Assembly (NCBI GenBank): GCA_017453885.1
Contig: JAFTDZ010000274.1
Span: 1-37,774, forward strand
DNA: 37,774 nucleotides
Source: Clostridia bacterium
Lineage (GTDB): Bacteria > Bacillota > Clostridia > Christensenellales > Borkfalkiaceae
Direction of reading: 5' to 3'
Under the pieces are notes generated by a model. That model was not told where the DNA came from. It saw only the letters and a list, made by a program, of their open reading frames with translations, and searched no databases. A program made the translations under genes and the position numbers. Numbering within the stretch: the stretch's first letter is position 1; every line of letters starts with the position of its first letter. Below, piece after piece: positions 34,045-37,774 of the stretch.

Positions 34045-35592
34045 ATGATACTCGGAATAGAACTCGGATCCACGAGAGTAAAGTCCGTTCTTATAGACGG
34101 GCAAGGCAAAACGGTGGCGGTCGGCGGCTACGAATGGGAAAACGAACTTAAGGACGGATTGTGGACTTATTCGCTCGAAAACGTAGAAAAAGCCCTGAAG
34201 GGCAGTTATTCTTCGCTCAACGCCGCGTACAGGCAGAAGTACGGCGAGTACATAACCGAACTCGACGCGATAGGCATTTCCGCCATGATGCACGGTTACC
34301 TCGCTTTCGATAAGGACGACAACCTTCTCGTTCCCTTCAGAACCTGGCGCAACACCAACACCGAGCGCGCGGCGGAAGAACTCACGCGGGAACTCGGTTT
34401 CAATATGCCCCAACGGTGGACGGCTACGCATTTTTACCAGGCGGTTATCGACGGAGAGGAACACGCGCGCAATGTCGCATATCTCACCACGCTTTCCGGT
34501 TACGTTCACGAAAAACTTACGGGCAGAAAGGTTTTGGGCGTAGGCGACGCGTCCGGAATGTTCCCCGTGGAAGGAAATAATTACGATAAGGCGCGCGTGA
34601 AAAAGTATAACGCGTTGCTCGAAAAACACGGTTTAACGCGTGATTTAGGGGACTTATTACCCAAAATACTCCTCGCGGGCGAGGATGCCGGCCGCTTGAC
34701 GGAAGAAGGCGCCGCTTTCCTCGACGAGGGCGGGAACTTAAAGGCGGGCGCCGTTTTGTGCGCTCCCGAAGGCGACGCCGGCACCGGCATGGTGGCTACT
34801 AATTCGGTAAGGGAAAGGACGGGCAACGTTTCCGCGGGTACTTCTGCTTTCGCGATGATAGTGCTCGATAAACCGCTCGGCGAAGTACATACGGAAATAG
34901 ACGTGGTCACCACTCCGTCCGGACTACCCGTCGCCATGGTCCACGCGAACAACTGCACTTCCGAAATAAACGCTTGGGTAAACCTGTTCGACGAGGCCGT
35001 TAAACTTTTCGGCGGCAACGTGAACAAGGGCGAACTGTATGAAAAACTCTTCCGCGTTTCGGCGGAGAGCGACGGCGACGTCGGCGGGATATTCGCCTGC
35101 AACTTCCTCTCGGGGGAACCTATAGCGGAAGTCAAAGAGGGCAGACCTATGGTGTTCCGCGAGGCGGGCGGAAAGTTCGATCTCGCCAACTTTATGCAGG
35201 CGCAGATTTATTCCGCGGTGGCGGCGCTCGACTTCGGAATGGAGATTCTCAAAAAGGAAGGCGTGGCGATAGACGGCATTTGCGGACACGGCGGTTTTTT
35301 CAAGACCGAGGGGATAGGTCAGGCGGCGATGAGCGCGGCGCTCGGCGCACCCGTCACGGTGATGAAGAACGCGGGCGAAGGCGGCGCTTACGGCATAGCC
35401 CTTCTCGCCTTGTACCGCCTTGTTAAAAAGGATGGCGAAACTCTGGCGGACTTCCTCGATAAACACTTTGAAAACGAGGAGAAGGTAACCCTTTCCGCGA
35501 CCGACAAAGACAGGGAAAAATTCGGGAATTTTATGAAGACGTACCGCGCGGGGTTGCATGCGGAAAGAGCCGCCGCGAGGGGGAAAGAGTAA
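34045..35592 (+). CDS. FGGY-family carbohydrate kinase, probable L-ribulokinase of the clostridial AraK type
   Basis: The N-terminal ATPase motif is MILGIELGSTRVKSVLID. FGGY blocks are GISAMMHGYLAFD and PEGDAGTGMVATN. It overlaps araD by 1 nt (TAATG at 35590-35594). Assignment as ribulokinase rests on this context and on the known non-orthologous AraK of Clostridium acetobutylicum. Confidence 0.7.
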   Translation: MILGIELGSTRVKSVLIDGQGKTVAVGGYEWENELKDGLWTYSLENVEKALKGSYSSLNAAYRQKYGEYITELDAIGISAMMHGYLAFDKDDNLLVPFRTWRNTNTERAAEELTRELGFNMPQRWTATHFYQAVIDGEEHARNVAYLTTLSGYVHEKLTGRKVLGVGDASGMFPVEGNNYDKARVKKYNALLEKHGLTRDLGDLLPKILLAGEDAGRLTEEGAAFLDEGGNLKAGAVLCAPEGDAGTGMVATNSVRERTGNVSAGTSAFAMIVLDKPLGEVHTEIDVVTTPSGLPVAMVHANNCTSEINAWVNLFDEAVKLFGGNVNKGELYEKLFRVSAESDGDVGGIFACNFLSGEPIAEVKEGRPMVFREAGGKFDLANFMQAQIYSAVAALDFGMEILKKEGVAIDGICGHGGFFKTEGIGQAAMSAALGAPVTVMKNAGEGGAYGIALLALYRLVKKDGETLADFLDKHFENEEKVTLSATDKDREKFGNFMKTYRAGLHAERAAARGKE

Positions 35593-36284
35593 TGTATGAA
35601 GATATAAAAAAGCGGGTTTTCCGGCAGAACGAAGAACTTGTAAAGCGCGGGCTTGTAACGCTCACTTGGGGCAACGCCAGCGCGATAATGCGTGAAAAAG
35701 GCCTCGTTTGCATAAAACCGAGCGGAGTTCCTTACGAAGATATGACCGCCGACGATATGGTTATAGTCGATATGGAAGGGAACGTGGTCGAGGGCAGATA
35801 CCGCCCTTCTTCGGATACGCCCACTCACCTTTATCTCTATAAGGTCTTTGCCGATATAGGCGGGATAGTCCACACGCATTCGTCGAACGCCGTAGCCTGG
35901 GCGCAGGCGGGCAGAAGCATACCCGCTTACGGCACCACCCATGCGGACGCGTTCTATGGCGACGTGCCATGCTCCCGCTCCCTCCGCGCTGAAGAAGTTA
36001 AAACGGATTACGAATACAACACCGGCGCGGTAATTGCGGAAACCTTCAAGGGGAAAGATCACAACGCCGTACCCGCCGTCCTCGTGAAAAACCACGGGCC
36101 CTTCACTTGGGGCGCCACGGTGGAAAAGGCTGTGGAAAACGCGGTCACGCTCGAGGAAGTTGCTAAAACGGCGTATCTTACGGAAGGCATAGATCGCGGC
36201 GCGGCGCGCGTAGATGGATATTTGTTGGATAAGCATTATTTCCGCAAACACGGCAAAGGCGCCTACTACGGGCAGAAAAAATAA
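35592..36284 (+). CDS. araD: L-ribulose-5-phosphate 4-epimerase
   Basis: The class II aldolase/adducin fold shows AraD-typical blocks: LVTLTWGNASAI, IKPSGVPYEDMTADDMVIVDMEGNVVEG, PSSDTPTHLYLY, IVHTHSSNAVAWAQAG and YGTTHADAFYGDVPC. Its length of 230 aa also fits. Confidence 0.9.
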   Translation: MYEDIKKRVFRQNEELVKRGLVTLTWGNASAIMREKGLVCIKPSGVPYEDMTADDMVIVDMEGNVVEGRYRPSSDTPTHLYLYKVFADIGGIVHTHSSNAVAWAQAGRSIPAYGTTHADAFYGDVPCSRSLRAEEVKTDYEYNTGAVIAETFKGKDHNAVPAVLVKNHGPFTWGATVEKAVENAVTLEEVAKTAYLTEGIDRGAARVDGYLLDKHYFRKHGKGAYYGQKK

Positions 36285-36575
36285 GATAGATCGCTTTATG
36301 CGAACTCCGGCGCGGCTTATCGGAAAAGAGAAACGTGTCGCCGTAAGTAAGAAATCCGTCCGCTCGGCAGATATAGTTCAGAATAGAATAAGTTTATCGC
36401 AAAAGAACTTTTCTTCTTAATGAAGAACTGTCCGAAAATGCCGACGAAAGCGACAAAACCACCGGTTAACGTTTGATAAAGGCGGCTTTTCTTTTTTGCG
36501 GGCGCGGAATTGCGAAGCGAAAATTTCCGTTTTTATTTTTTAACGGAAAATTCCCCCGAATCATTCGGCAAACTG

Positions 36576-36604
36576 TTGACAAAAATCGAATATTCTGTTA
36601 TATT
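36576..36604 (+). promoter_or_regulatory. Near-consensus SigA-type promoter for the FAD-protein gene
   Basis: TTGACA (36576-36581), a 17-nt spacer, then TATATT (36599-36604). It lies 48 nt upstream of the ATG at 36652, which has a GAGGTGA RBS. Confidence 0.6.
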
Positions 36605-36651
36605 TACAAAGTGTTCAATACGGACGCTTTGATTTTTTTTGAGGTGATAAA

Positions 36652-37774
36652 ATGAAAACCGACGTAGTTATCGTTGGCGCCGGCCCCGCGGGGATATTTA
36701 CCGCTTACGAGATGATAGCGAAGGGCAGTACGAAGAAGATAATTCTTGTGGAGAAGGGCGTGAATATCGAGCGCCGCGCCTGCCCGAAGATAAAGACGCA
36801 GAAGTGCATGAACTGCAAACCTTACTGCCACATAACCACGGGCTTTTCCGGCGCGGGGGCTTTTTCCGACGGAAAACTTTCCTTGAGTTACGAGGTGGGC
36901 GGAGATCTTCCCACGCTTATCGGCGCGGAAAAGGCGCAGGAAACGATTGACTATGCGGACGGCATATACCTTTCTTTCGGGGCGGATACCCACGTTGAAG
37001 GCGTAAGCAATTACGAGGAAGTAAAGGAAATACGCAAGCAGGCGATAAAGGCGGGGCTTAAACTCGTAGATTGCCCCATAAGGCATATGGGCACCGAAAA
37101 GGCGCAGCATATTTACCTTGAAATAGAGAAATTTCTTCAGGACCACGGCGTGGAAATGCTTTTCCGCCACGAGTGTACGGACATCATCCTCGAAAACGGC
37201 GTGTGCAAGGGCGTTCGTCTTCTTTGCGACGGCGTAGAAAAGGAGGTTTATGCCGAAAGCACCGTTATAGCAACCGGCAGGCGCGGGGCGGACTGGCTGG
37301 AAAAACTCTGCGAGCAGAACAACATAATGCACCTTCCCGGCACGGTGGATATAGGCGTCAGGGTGGAAGTCAGGAACGAGGTCATGGAGAAGGTGAACAA
37401 GGTGCTTTACGAATCCAAACTTATAGGCTATCCGCACCCGTTCAAGAACAAGGTGAGAACTTTCTGCCAGAACCCCGGCGGTTTCGTCAGTCAGGAAAAT
37501 TACGACAACGACCTCGCCGTGGTGAACGGGCATTCTTATAAGGAATACAAGTCGGATAACACCAACCTCGCCATACTCTGTTCGCACAATTTTTCCGTGC
37601 CGTTCAATCAACCCATAGCCTACGCGCAGAAGGTCGGGGAACTTACTAATATGCTCGGAGCGGGGCATATACTCGTTCAGCGTTTCGGGGATATTCTCGA
37701 CGGAAAGAGGACTTGGCCGAAGGAACTTGCGCAGTCCAACGTTCGCCCGACGCTCGTTGACGCCGTTGCGGGCG
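36652..37774 (+). CDS. FAD-dependent protein of the COG2509 type (uncharacterised FAD-dependent dehydrogenase), 3' end outside the window
   Basis: This ORF is absent from the ORF track because it has no stop in the window. I translated it by hand: MKTDVVIVGAGPAGIFTAYEMIAKGSTKKIILVEKG (GxGxxG Rossmann) ... CMNCKPYCHITTGFSGAGAFSDGKL ... VIATGRRGADWL ... FCQNPGGFVSQE. Frame 1 is open through 37774. Confidence 0.8.
   Translation, partial: MKTDVVIVGAGPAGIFTAYEMIAKGSTKKIILVEKGVNIERRACPKIKTQKCMNCKPYCHITTGFSGAGAFSDGKLSLSYEVGGDLPTLIGAEKAQETIDYADGIYLSFGADTHVEGVSNYEEVKEIRKQAIKAGLKLVDCPIRHMGTEKAQHIYLEIEKFLQDHGVEMLFRHECTDIILENGVCKGVRLLCDGVEKEVYAESTVIATGRRGADWLEKLCEQNNIMHLPGTVDIGVRVEVRNEVMEKVNKVLYESKLIGYPHPFKNKVRTFCQNPGGFVSQENYDNDLAVVNGHSYKEYKSDNTNLAILCSHNFSVPFNQPIAYAQKVGELTNMLGAGHILVQRFGDILDGKRTWPKELAQSNVRPTLVDAVAG

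Noticed and set aside
33949-34629. A 226-aa minus-strand ORF spans the kinase promoter and the 5' end of the kinase gene.
   Set aside because: It is antisense to a well-supported FGGY kinase and its promoter and RBS. Its translation has no recognisable features.
36285-36575. The 290-nt spacer after araD, examined for a small gene, tRNA, riboswitch or araD terminator. The ORFs at 36214-36420 and 36473-36655 were included.
   Set aside because: Both ORFs are low-complexity, lack RBSs, and overlap araD or the next promoter. I found no convincing stem followed by a T-tract for araD and no tRNA-like T-loop. Only the hairpin and palindrome near 36524-36568 were kept, as a low-interest finding.
36604-37668. 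A 354-aa minus-strand ORF is the only long ORF the track offers for the right end of the window.
   Set aside because: Hand translation of the plus strand from the ATG at 36652 gives an uninterrupted FAD-binding protein (GAGPAG Rossmann motif) with its own RBS and promoter. It is missing from the track only because it has no stop inside the window.
1-37774. A search for mobile elements, CRISPR arrays, defence systems, toxin-antitoxin pairs and prophage genes.
   Set aside because: I saw no transposase, integrase or recombinase motifs, no terminal inverted repeats flanking a block, no regularly spaced short direct repeats, and no small paired ORFs outside known genes. The only tandem repeats are the in-frame protein repeats of the 16387-20472 gene.

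Overview
This 37.8-kb window looks like it comes from a Gram-positive anaerobe (Bacillota/Clostridia-type). The signals are AGGAGG-like RBSs, several TTGACA-17-TATAAT-type promoters, lipoprotein lipoboxes and an LplABC/CUT1-type ABC importer. Almost every gene concerns carbohydrate use. All family calls come from remembered motifs; no database search was possible.

Left part (1-16.3 kb):
- a 5'-truncated LacI-type repressor;
- three glycoside hydrolases without signal peptides: a GH2 split by a frameshift, a GH28-like enzyme and a DUF2961/GH172-like enzyme;
- a roughly 60-aa AraC HTH remnant;
- a hybrid sensor kinase with two receiver domains and no output domain;
- GH43 and DUF4434-like genes on the minus strand, convergent with the kinase;
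- a GH78 rhamnosidase and an SGNH-esterase/(alpha/alpha)6-hydrolase fusion.

Middle part (16.4-32.7 kb), one co-directional block:
- a 1361-aa modular surface protein;
- an ABC permease carrying an unusual N-terminal lipobox plus extracytoplasmic domain, a second permease and a large lipoprotein solute-binding protein;
- a secreted beta-sandwich protein;
- two tandem paralogous lipoproteins that resemble clan GH-A TIM barrels;
- a secreted glycerophosphodiester phosphodiesterase;
- an AGE-family epimerase.

Right part: an AraC regulator transcribed divergently from an FGGY kinase and araD, then a COG2509-type FAD protein that runs off the window.

I saw no rRNA, tRNA, CRISPR, transposase, integrase or phage genes.

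The most interesting signal is that three otherwise unrelated secreted proteins of the middle block end in the same tail: KKGC, a Gly/Ser spacer, a hydrophobic helix and a basic end. This has the layout of a processed C-terminal sorting signal but is not LPXTG, and no candidate processing enzyme lies in the window.
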